Source: Eledone cirrhosa (lineage: Eukaryota). Taken from it: 64,000 bases of DNA. A program made the position numbers and the translations under genes. Within the stretch, counting starts at the first letter, position 1. Every line of letters starts with the position of its first letter. The notes beneath the pieces are model-generated. The model searched no databases. It had not been told where the DNA came from and saw only the letters and a list, made by a program, of their open reading frames with translations. Below, in pieces: positions 50,677-61,573 of the stretch. The stretch covers positions 133,734,001 through 133,798,000 of the forward strand of contig OZ024743.1 in the NCBI GenBank assembly GCA_964016885.1. Direction: 5' to 3'.

Positions 50677-53600
50677 GCTTGGTGCTTGCTGTTTGGTGTT
50701 TGGTGCTTGGTGCTTGGTGTTTGGTGTTTGGTGTTATATGCTTGGTGTTTGATGCTTGGTGCTTGGTGCTTGGTATTTGGTGTTTGGTGCTTGGTGTTTG
50801 TACTTGGTGCTTGGTTCGTGGTTCTTGGTGCTTGGTGCTTGGAGCTTGGTGCTTGGTGCTTGGTGTTTGGTGCTTGGTGTTTGGTGCTTGGTGTTTGGTG
50901 CTTGGTGCCTGGTGCTTGGTGCTTGGTGCTTGGTGTTTGGTGCTTGGTGTTTGGTGCTTGGTGTTAGGTGTTTGGTGCTTGGTGCTTGGTGTTTGGTGTT
51001 TGGTGCTTGGTGTTTGGTGCTTGGTGCTTGGTGTTTGGTGTTTGGTGCTTGGTGTTTGGTGCTTGGTACTTGGTGCTTGGTGCTTGGTGTTAGGTGTTTG
51101 GTGCTTGGTGCTTGGTGTTTGGTTTTTGGTGCTTGGTGCTTGGTGTTTGGTGTTTGGTGCTTGCTGCTGGCTGCTTGGTGTTTGGTGCTTGGTGATTGGT
51201 GCTTGGTGTTTGGTGCTTGGTGTTTGGTGTTTGGTACTAGGTGCTTGGTGTTTGGTGTTTGGTGTTTGGTGCTTGGTGTTTGGTGTTTGGTGTTTGGTGC
51301 TTGGTGCTTGGTGCTTGGTGCTGGGTGGTTGGTGTTTGGTGCTTGGTGATTAGTGTTTGGTGCTAGGTGCTTGGGGTTTGGTGTTTGGTGCTTGGTGCAT
51401 GGTGTTTGGTGCTTGGTGCTTGGTGTTTGGTGCTTGGTGCTTGGTGTTTGGTGTTTGCTGTTTGCTGTTTGGTGTTTGTTGTTTGGTGTTTGTTGATTGG
51501 TGTTTGCTGTTTGGTGTTTGGTATTTGGTGTTTGCTGTTTGCTGTCTGCTTTTTGGTGTTTGGTGTTTGCTGTATGTTGTTTGCTGTTTGGTGTTTGGTG
51601 TTTGGTGTTTCGTGTTTGCTGCTTGGTGCTTGGTGTTTGGTGCTTGGGGCTTGGTGTTTGGTGCCTGGTGCTTGGTACTAGGTTGTTTGGTGTTTGCTGT
51701 ATGATGTTTGCTGTTTCGTGTTTGGTGTTTGCTGTTTGGTGTTTGGTGTTTGCTGTTTGGTGTTTGGTCTTTGGTGCTTGGTGTTTGGTGCTTAGTGCTG
51801 GGTGTTTGGTGTTTGGTGCTTGGTGTTTGGTGTTTGGTGCTTGGTGCTTGGTGCTTGGTGTTTGCTGTTTGGTGTTTGGTGCTTGGTGTCTGGTGCTTGG
51901 TGTTTGGTGTTTGGTGTTTGGTGCTTGGTGTTTGGTGTTTGGTGTTTGGTGCTTGTTGCTTGGTGCTTGGTGCTTGGTGTTTGGTGCTTGGTGCTTGGTG
52001 TTTGGTGTTTGGTGCTTGGTGTTTTATGCTTGGTGTTTGATGTTTGGTGCTTGGTGCTTGGTGTTTGGTGCTTGGTGCTTGGTGTTTATACTTGGTGCTT
52101 GGTGCTTGGTTCTTGGTGTTTGGTGCTTGGTGCTTGCTGTTTGGTGCTTGGTGTTTGGTGCTTGGTATTAGGTATTTGGTGCTTGGTGCTTGGTGTTTGG
52201 TGTTTGGTTCTTGGTGTTTGGTGCTTGGTGCTTGGTGTTTGGTGTTTGGTGCTTGGTGTTTGGTGCTTGGTACTTGGTGCTTGGTGCTTGGTGTTAGGTG
52301 TTTGGTGCTTGGTGCTTGGTGTTTGGTTTTTGGTGCTTGGTGCTTGGTGTTTGGTGTTTGGTGCTTGCTGCTGGCTGCTTGGTGTTTGGTGCTTGGTGAT
52401 AGGTGCTTGGTGTTTGGTGCTTGGTGTTTGGTGTTTGGTACTAGGTGCTTGGTGCTTGGTGTGTGGTGCTTGGTGCTTTGGTTTGGTGTTTGGTGCTTGG
52501 TGCTTGGTGTTTGGTGCTTGGTGCTGGGTTCTGGGTGGTTGGTCTTTGGTGCTTGGTGTTTGGTGCTGGGTGCTTGGTGTTTGGTGCTTGGTGCTTGGTC
52601 TTTGGTGTTTGGTGTTTGGTGTTTGGTGTTTGGTGCTTGGTGCTTGGTGCTTGGTGTTTGGTGCTTGGTGCTTGGTGTTTGGTGCTTGGTGCTTAGTGTT
52701 TGGTGCTAGGTGCTTGTGGTTTGGTGTTTGGTGCTTGGTGCTTGGTGTTTGGTGTTTGGTGCTTGGTGCTTGGTGTTTGGTGTTTGCTGTTTGCTGTTTG
52801 GTGTTTGTTGTTTGGTGTTTGTTGTTTGGTGTTTGCTGTTTGGTGTTTGGTGTTTGGTGTTTGCTGTTTGATGTCTGCTTTTTGGTGTTTGGTGTTTGCT
52901 GTATGTTATTTGCTGTTTGGTGTTTGGTGTTTGGTGTTTGGTGCAGGGTGCTTGGTGTTTGGTGCTTGGTGCTTGGTGTTTGGTGCCTGGTGCTTGGTGC
53001 TTGGTGTTTGGTGTTTGGTGCTTGGAGTTTGGTGTTTGGTGCTTGCTGTTTGGTGTTTTGTGTTTGGTGTTTGGTTTTTGGTGCTTGGTGCTTGGTGCTT
53101 GGTGCTTGGTCCTTGGTGTTTGGTGCTTGGTGCTTGGTGTTTGTACTTGGTGCTTGGTGCTTGGTGTTTGGTTCTTGGTTCTTGGTGTTTGGTACTTGGT
53201 GCTTGGTGCTTGGTGCTTGGTGTTTGGTGTTTGGTGCTTGGTGCTTGGTGTTTGGTGCTTGGTGTTTGGTGTTTGCTGTTTGGTGTTTCGTGTTTGGTGT
53301 TTGGTGTTTGCTGTTTGGTGTCTGCTTTTTGGTGTTTGGTGTTTGCTGTATGGTGTTTGCTGTTTCGTGTTTGGTGTTTGCTGATTGGTGTTTGGTGTTT
53401 GCTGTTTGGTGTTTGGTCTTTGGTGCTTGGTGTTTGGTGCTTGGTGCTTGGTGTTTGGTGTTTGGTGCTTGGTGCTTGGTGCTTCGTGTTTGGTGTTTGG
53501 TGCTTGGTGTCTGGAGCTTGGTGTTTGGTGTTTGGTGCTTGGTGTTTGGTGTTTGGTGCTTGGTGCTTGGTGTTTGGTGCTTGGTGCTTGGTGTTTGTAC

Positions 53601-54719
53601 TTGGTGCTTGGTGCTTGGTGTTTGGTGCTTGGTTCTTGGTGTTTGGTGCTTGGTGTTTGGTGCTTGGTGCTTGGTGTTTGGTGCTTGGTGCTTGGTGCTT
53701 GGTGCTTGGTGTTAGTTGTTTGGTGCTTGGTGCTTCGTGTTTGGTGTTTGGTTCTTGGTGCTTGGTATTTGGTGCTTGGTGCTTGCTGCTTGGTGTTTGG
53801 TGCTTGGTGATTGATGCTTGGTGTTTGGTGCTTGGTGCTTGGTGTTTGGTTTTTGGTGCTAGGTGCTTGGTGCTTGGTGTTTGGTGCTTGGTGTTTGGTG
53901 TTTGGTGCTTGGTGCTTGGTGTTTGGTACTTGGTGCTTGGTGCTTGGTGTTTGGTGCTTGGTGCTTGGTGATTGGTGTTTGGTGTTTGGTGCTTGGTGCT
54001 TGGTGTTTGGTGCTTGGTGCTTGGTGCTGGGTGGTTGGTGTTTGGTGCTTGGTGCTTGGTGTTTGGTGCTAGGTGCATGGTGCTTGGTGTTTGGTGCTTG
54101 GTGCTTGGTGCTTGGTCTTTGGTGTTTGGTGTTTAGTGCTTGGTGCTTGGTGCTTGGTGCTTGGTGCTTGGTCCTTGGTGTTTGGTGCTTGGTGCTTGGT
54201 GTTTGGTGTTTGGTGCTTGGTGCTTGGTGCTTCGTGTTTGGTGTTTGGTGCTTGGTGTCTGGAGCTTGGTGTTTGGTGTTTGGAGCTTGGTGTTTGGTGT
54301 TTGGTGCTTGGTGCTTGGTGTTTGGTGCTTGGTGCTTGGTGTTTGTACTTGGTGCTTGGTGCTTGGTGTTTGGTGCTTGGTTCTTGGTGTTTGGTGCTTG
54401 GTGTTGGAGCTTGGTGCTTGGTGTTTGGTGCTTGGTGCTTGGTGTTTGTACTTGGTGCTTGGTGCTTGCTGTTTGGTGCTTGGTTCTTGGTGTTTGGTGC
54501 TTGGTGTTTGGAGCTTGGTGCTTGGTGTTTGGTGCTTGGTGCTTGGTGTTTGGTGTTTGGTGCCTGGTGCTTGGTGTTTGGTGTTTGGTGCTTGGTGTTT
54601 GGTGTTTGGTGCTTGGTGCTTGGTGTTTGTTGCTTGGTACTTGGTGCATGGTGTTTGGTGCTGGGTGCTTGGTGTTTGGTGCTTGGTGTTTGGTGCTTGG
54701 TGCTTGGTGTTTGGTGTTT

Positions 54720-57700
54720 GGTGTTTGATGCTTGGTGTTTTATGCTTGGTGCTTGGTGTTTGGTGCTTGGTGTTTGTACTTGGTGCTTGGTGCTTGGTGT
54801 TTTGTGCTTGGTTCTTGGGGTTTGGTGTTTGGTGCTTGGTACTTGGTGCTTGGTGTTAGGTGTTTGGTGCTTGGTGCTTGGTGTTTGGTGTTTGGTCCTT
54901 GGTGCTTGGTGCTTGGTGTTTAGTGCTTGGTGCTTGGTGTTTGTTGTTTGGTGCTTTCTGTTTGCTGCTTGGTGTTTGCTGCTTGGTGCTTGGTGCTTGG
55001 TGTTTGGTGTTTGGTGCTAGGTGCTTGGTGTTTGGTGTTTGGTGTTTGATGCTTGGTGTTTGGTGCTTGGTGTTTGGTGCTTGGTGCTTGGGGCTTGGTG
55101 TTTGGTGCTTGGTGCTTGGTGCTTGGTGTTTGGTGCTTGGTGCTTGGTGTTTGGTGTTTGGTGTTTGGTGCTTGGTGCTTGGTGTTTGGTGCTTGGTGCT
55201 TGGTGCTGGGTGGTTGGTATTTGGTGCTTGGTGCTTGGTGTTTGGTGCTTGGTGCTTGGTGCTTGGTGTTTGGTGCTTGGTGCTTGGTGCTTGGTCTTTG
55301 GTGCTTGGTGTTTGGTGTTTGGTGCTTGGTGCTTTGTGTTTGGTGCTTGGTGATTAGTGTTTGGTGCTTGGTACTTGGTGTTTGGTACTTGGTGTTTGGT
55401 GTTTGCTGTTTGGTGTTTGGTGTTTGGTGTTTGCTGTTTGGTGTCTGCTTTTTGGTGTTTGGTGTTTGCTGTATGGTGTTTGCTGTTTCGTGTTTGGTGT
55501 TTGCTGTTTGGTGTTTGGTGTTTGCTGTTTGGTCTTTGGTCTTTGGTGCTTGGTGTTTGGTGTTTGGTGCTTGGTGCTTGGTGCTTGGTGTTTGGTGTTT
55601 GGTGTCTGGTGCTTGGTGTCTGGTGCTTGGTGTTTGGTGTTTGGTGTTTGGTGCTTGGTGTTTGGTGTTTGGTGTTTGGTGTTTGGTGTTTGTTGCTTGG
55701 TGCTTGGTGCTTGGTGTTTGGTGCTTGGTGCTTGGTGTTTGGTGCTGGGTGCTTGGTGTTTGGTGCTTGGTGCTTGGTGTTTGGTGCTTGGTGCTTGGTG
55801 TTTGGTGTTTGGTGTTATATGCTTGGTGTTTGGTGCTTGGTGCTTGGTGTTTGGTGTTTGGTTCTTGATGCTTGGTATTTGGTGCTTGGTGCTTGCTGCT
55901 TGGTGTTTGGTGCTTGGTGATTGATGCTTGGTGCTTGGTGCTTGGTGTTTGGTGTTTGCTGTTTGCTGTTTGGTGTTTGTTGTTTGGTGTTTGTTGTTTG
56001 GTGTTTGCTGTTTGGTGTTTGGTATTTGGTGTTTGCTGTTTGGTGTCTGCTTTTTGGTGTTTGGTGTTTGCTGTATGTTGTTTGCTGTTTGGTGTTTGGT
56101 GTTTGGTGTTTGGTGTTTGGTGCTTGGTGCTTGGTGTTTGGTGCTTGGTGCTTGGTGTTTGGTGCCTGGTGCTTGGTACTTGGTGTTTGGTGTTTGGTGC
56201 TTGGTGCTTGGTGCTTGGAGTTTGGTGTTTGGTGCTTGGTGCTTGGTGTTTTGTGTTTGGTGTTTGGTTTTTGGTGCTTGATGCTTGGTGCTTGGTGCTT
56301 AGTCCTTGGTGTTTGGTGCTTGGTGCTTGGTGTTTGTACTTGGTGCTTGGTGCTTGGTGTTTGGTTCTTGGTTCTTGGTGTTTGGTACTTGGTGCTTGGT
56401 GCTTGGTGCTTGGTGTTAGGTGTTTGGTGCTTGGTGCTTGGTGTTTGGTGCTTGGTGTTTGCTGTCTGGTGTTTGGTGTTTGGTGTTTGGTGTTTGCTGT
56501 TTGGTGTCTGCTTTTTGGTGTTTGGTGTTTGCTGTATGGTGTTTGCTGTTTGGTGTTTGGTGCTTCGTGTTTGGTGTTTGGTCTTTGGTGCTTGGTGTCT
56601 GGTGCTTGATGTTTGGTGTTTGGTGTTTGGTGCTTGGTGCTTGGTGTTTGGTGCTTGGTGCTTGGTGTTTGTACTTGGTGCTTGGTGCTTGGTGTTTGGT
56701 GCTTGGTTCTTGGTGTTTGGTGCTTGGTGTTTGGTGCTTGGTGCTTGGTGTTTGGTGCTTGGTGCTTGGTGTTTGGTGTTTGGTGCTTGGTGCTTGGTGC
56801 TTGGTGTTTGATGCTTGGTGTTTTATGCTTGGTGCTTGGTGTTTGGTGCTTGGTGTTTGTACTTGGTGCTTGGTGCTTGGTGTTTTGTGCTTGGTTCTTG
56901 GGGTTTGGTGTTTGGTGCTTGGTACTTGGTGCTTGGTGTTAGGTGTTTGGTGCTTGGTGCTTGGTGTTTGGTGTTTGGTCCTTGGTGCTTGGTGCTTGGT
57001 GTTTAGTGCTTGGTGCTTGGTGTTTGTTGTTTGGTGCTTTCTGTTTGCTGCTTGGTGTTTGCTGCTTGGTGCTTGGTGCTTGGTGTTTGGTGTTTGGTGC
57101 TAGGTGCTTGCTGTTTGGTGTTTGGTGTTTGATGCTTGGTGTTTGGTGCTTGGTGTTTGGTGCTTGGTGCTTGGGGCTTGGTGTTTGGTGCTTGGTGCTT
57201 GGTGCTTGGTGTTTGGTGCTTGGTGCTTGGTGTTTGGTGTTTGGTGTTTGGTGCTTGGTGCTTGGTGTTTGGTGCTTGGTGCTTGGTGCTGGGTGGTTGG
57301 TATTTGGTGCTTGGTGCTTGGTGTTTGGTGCTTGGTGCTTGGTGCTTGGTGTTTGGTGCTTGGTGCTTGGTGCTTGGTCTTTGGTGCTTGGTGTTCGGTG
57401 TTTGGTGCTTGGTGCTTTGTGTTTGGTGCTTGGTGATTAGTGTTTGTTCTTGGTACTTGGTGTTTGGTGCTTGGTGTTTGGTGTTTGCTGTTTGGTGTTT
57501 GGTGTTTGGTGTTTGCTGTTTGGTGTCTGCTTTTTGGTGTTTGGTGTTTGCTGTATGGTGTTTGCTGTTTCGTGTTTGGTGTTTGCTGTCTGGTGTTTGG
57601 TGTTTGCTGTTTGGTCTTTGGTCTTTGGTGCTTGGTGTTTGGTGCTTGGTGCTTGGTGTTTGGTGTTTGGTGCTTGGTGTTTGGTGTTTGGTGCTTGGTG

Positions 57701-58930
57701 CTTGGTGCTTGGTGTTTGGTGCTTGGTGTCTGGTGCTTGGTGTCTGGTGCTTGGTGTTTGGTGTTTGGTGTTTGGTGCTTGGTGTTTGGTGTTTGGTGTT
57801 TGGTGTTTGGTGTTTGTTGCTTGGTGCTTGGTGCTTGGTGTTTGGTGCTTGGTGCTTGGTGTTTGGTGCTGGGTGCTTGGTGTTTGGTGCTTGGTGCTTG
57901 GTGTTTGGTGCTTGGTGCTTGGTGTTTGGTGTTTGGTGTTATATGCTTGGTGTTTGGTGCTTGGTGCTTGGTGTTTGGTGTTTGGTTCTTGATGCTTGGT
58001 ATTTGGTGCTTGGTGCTTGCTGCTTGGTGTTTGGTGCTTGGTGATTGATGCTTGGTGCTTGGTGCTTGGTGTTTGGTGTTTGCTGTTTGCTGTTTGGTGT
58101 TTGTTGTTTGGTGTTTGTTGTTTGGTGTTTGCTGTTTGGTGTTTGGTATTTGGTGTTTGCTGTTTGGTGTCTGCTTTTTGGTGTTTGGTGTTTGCTGTAT
58201 GTTGTTTGCTGTTTGGTGTTTGGTGTTTGGTGTTTGGTGTTTGGTGCTTGGTGCTTGGTGTTTGGTGCTTGGTGCTTGGTGTTTGGTGCCTGGTGCTTGG
58301 TACTTGGTGTTTGGTGTTTGGTGCTTGGTGCTTGGTGCTTGGAGTTTGGTGTTTGGTGCTTGGTGCTTGGTGTTTTGTGTTTGGTGTTTGGTTTTTGGTG
58401 CTTGATGCTTGGTGCTTGGTGCTTAGTCCTTGGTGTTTGGTGCTTGGTGCTTGGTGTTTGTACTTGGTGCTTGGTGCTTGGTGTTTGGTTCTTGGTTCTT
58501 GGTGTTTGGTACTTGGTGCTTGGTGCTTGGTGCTTGGTGTTAGGTGTTTGGTGCTTGGTGCTTGGTGTTTGGTGCTTGGTGTTTGCTGTCTGGTGTTTGG
58601 TGTTTGGTGTTTGGTGTTTGCTGTTTGGTGTCTGCTTTTTGGTGTTTGGTGTTTGCTGTATGGTGTTTGCTGTTTGGTGTTTGGTGCTTCGTGTTTGGTG
58701 TTTGGTCTTTGGTGCTTGGTGTCTGGTGCTTGATGTTTGGTGTTTGGTGTTTGGTGCTTGGTGCTTGGTGTTTGGTGCTTGGTGCTTGGTGTTTGTACTT
58801 GGTGCTTGGTGCTTGGTGTTTGGTGCTTGGTTCTTGGTGTTTGGTGCTTGGTGTTTGGTGCTTGGTGCTTGGTGTTTGGTGCTTGGTGCTTGGTGTTTGG
58901 TGTTTGGTGCTTGGTGCTTGGTGCTTGGTG
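54720..58930. repeat. Higher-order tandem duplication, period 2083/2124 bp (2 copies)
   Basis: ORF offsets are +2083 (54732/56815, 54860/56943, 55357/57440), then +2124 (55872/57996, 56420/58544, 56613/58737). Confidence 0.92.
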
Positions 58931-61540
58931 TTAGGTGTTTGGTGCTTGGTGCTTGGTGTTTAGTGTTTGTTTCTTGGTGCTTGGTATTTGGTGCTTGGTG
59001 CTTGCTGCTTGGTGTTTGGTGCTTGGTGATTGATGCTTGGTGTTTGGTGCTTGGTGCCCAGTGTTTGGTTTTTGGTGCTAGGTGCTTGGTGCATGGTGTT
59101 TGGTGCTTGGTGTTTGGTGTTTGGTGGTTGGTGCTTGGGGATTGGTGTTTGGTACTTGGTGCTTGGTGCTTGGTGTTTGGTGCTTGGTGCTTGGTGTTTG
59201 GTGTTTGGTGCTTGGTGCTTGGTATTTGGTGCTTGGTGCTTGGTGTTTGGTGTTTGGTGCTTGGTGCTTGGTGTTTGGTGCTTGGTGCTTGGTGCTTGTT
59301 GTTTGGTGATTGGTGCTTGGTGCTTGGTGTTTGGTGTTTGGTGCTTGGGGCTTGGTTTTTGGTGCTGCGTGCTTGGTGCTTGGTGCTTGGTGCTTGGTGC
59401 TTGGTGCTTGGTGTTTGATGCTTGGTGTTTGATGCTTTGTGTTTGGTGTTTGGTGTTTGGTGCTTGGTGTTTGGTGTTTGATGCTTGGTGCTTGATGCTT
59501 GGTGCTTGGTGCTTGGTGTTTGGTGCTTGGTGCTTGTTTTTTGGTGTTTGGTGCTTGGTGCTTGGTGTTTGGTGCTTGGTGCTTGGTGCTTGTTGTTTGA
59601 TAATTGGTACTTGGTACTTGGTGTTTGGTGTTTGGTGCTTGGGGCTTGGTGTTTGGTGCTGCGTGCTTGGTGCTTGGTGCTTGGTGCTTGGTGCTTGGTG
59701 TTTTGTGTTTGGTGTTTGATGCTTGGTGCTTGGTGTTTGGTGTTTGGTGCTTGGTGTTTGGTGTTTGCTGTTTGCTGTTTGCTGTTTGGTGTTTGCTGTT
59801 TGGTGTTTGGTGTTTGGTGTTTGCTGTTTGGTGTTTGTTGTTTGGTGTTTGGTGCTTGCTGTTTGGTGCTTGGTGTTTGGTGCTTGGTGCTTGGTGTTTG
59901 GTGTTTGGTGTTTGGTGCTTGGTGCTTGGGGCTTGATTTGGTGCTTGGTGCTTGGTGCTTGGTGTTTGGTGTTTGGTGCTTGGTGTTTGGTGCTTGGTGC
60001 TTGGTGCTGGGTGTTTGGTGCTTGGTGTTTGGTGCATGGTGCTTGGTGCTTGTTGTTTGTCGCTTGTTGCTTGGTGCTTGGTGTTTGGTGCTTGGTGCTT
60101 GGTGTTTGGTGTTTGGTGCTTGGTGCTTGGTGTTTGGTGTTTGGTGCTTGGTGTTTGGTGTTTGGTGCTTGGTGCTTGGTGTTTGCTGCTTGGTACTTGG
60201 TGCATGGTGTTTGGTGCTGGGTGCTTGGTGTTTGGTGCTTGGTGTTTGGTGCTTGGTGCTTGGTGTTTGGTGTTTGGTGTTTGATGCTTGGTGTTTTATG
60301 CTTGGTGCTTGGTGTTTGGTGCTTGGTGTTTGTACTTGGTGCTTGGTGCTTGGTGTTTTGTGCTTGGTTCTTGGTGTTTGGTGTTTGGTGCTTGGTACTT
60401 GGTGCTTGGTGTTAGGTGTTTGGTGCTTGGTGCTTGGTGTTTGGTGTTTGATCCTTGGTGCTTGGTGCTTGGTGTTTAGTGCTTGGTGCTTGGTGTTTGT
60501 TGTTTGGTGCTTTCTGCTTGCTGCTTGGTGTTTGCTGCTTGGTGCTTGGTGCTTGGTGCTTGGTGTTTGGTGTTTGGTGCTAGGTGCTTGGTGTTTGGTG
60601 TTTGGTGTTTGATGCTTGGTGTTTGGTGCTTGGTGTTTGGTGCTTGGTGCTTGGGGCTTGGTGTTTGGTGCTTGGTGCTTGGTGCTTGGTGTTTGGTGCT
60701 TGGTGTTTGGTGTTTGGTGTTTGATGCTTGGTGTTTGGTGCTTGGTGTTTGGTGCTTGGCGCTTGAGGCTTGGTGTTTGGTGTTTGGTGCTTGGTGCTTG
60801 GTGTTTGGTGCTTGGTGCTTGGTGATGGGTGGTTGGTATTTGGTGATTGGTGCTTGGTGTTTGGTGCTTGGTGCTTGGTGCTTGGTGTTTGGTGCTTGGT
60901 GCTAGGTGCTTGGTCTTTGGTGCTTGGTGTTTGGTGTTTGGTGCTTGGTGCTTTGTGTTTGGTGCTTGGTGATTAGTGTTTGGTGCTTGGTGCTTGGGGT
61001 TTGGTGTTTGGTGCTTGGTACTTGGTGTTTGGTGCTTGGTGTTTGGTGTTTGCTGTTTGGTGTTTGGTGTTTGGTGTTTGCTGTATGGTGTTTGCTGTTT
61101 CGTGTCGGTGTTTGCTGTTTGGTGTTTGGTGTTTGCTGTTTGGTGTTTGGTCTTTGGTGCTTGGTGTTTGGTGCTTGGTGCTTGGTGTTTGGTGTTTGGT
61201 GCTTGGTGTTTGGTGTTTGGTGCTTGGTGCTTGGTGCTTGGTGTTTGGTGTTTGGTGTTTGGTGCTTGGTGTCTGGTGCTTGGTGTTTGGTGTTTGGTGT
61301 TTGGTGCTTGGTGTTTGGTGTTTGGTGTTTGGTGCTTGTTGCTTGGTACTTGGTGCTTGGTGTTTGGTGCTTGGTGCTTGGTGTTTGGTGCTGGGTGCTT
61401 GGTGTTTGGTGCTTGGTGCTTGGTGCTTGGTGTTTGGTGTTTGGTGCTTGGTGCTTGGTGCTTGGTGTTTGGTGTTTGGTGCTTGGTGTTTTATGCTTGG
61501 TGTTTGATGTTTGGTGCTTGGTGCTTGGTGTTTGGTGCTT
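58070..61540. repeat. Dispersed copy of ~6790-10260 (first part equivalent to ~2780-5778, offset 55291-55298)
   Basis: ORF pairs 3253/58544, 3739/59030, 4432/59723, 4997/60288 and 9690/60976 match. The markers TGCCCAGTG and 5-bp TTGAT are shared. Confidence 0.9.
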
Positions 61541-61573
61541 GGTGCTTGGTGCTTGGTGTTTGGTGTTTGGTGC

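Noticed and set aside
41197-52378. Round-number offset of exactly 11000 bp, and 21 monomers equalling 147 bp (nucleosome core length)
   Set aside because: These are numerical coincidences. I saw no 147-bp periodicity in the variants.
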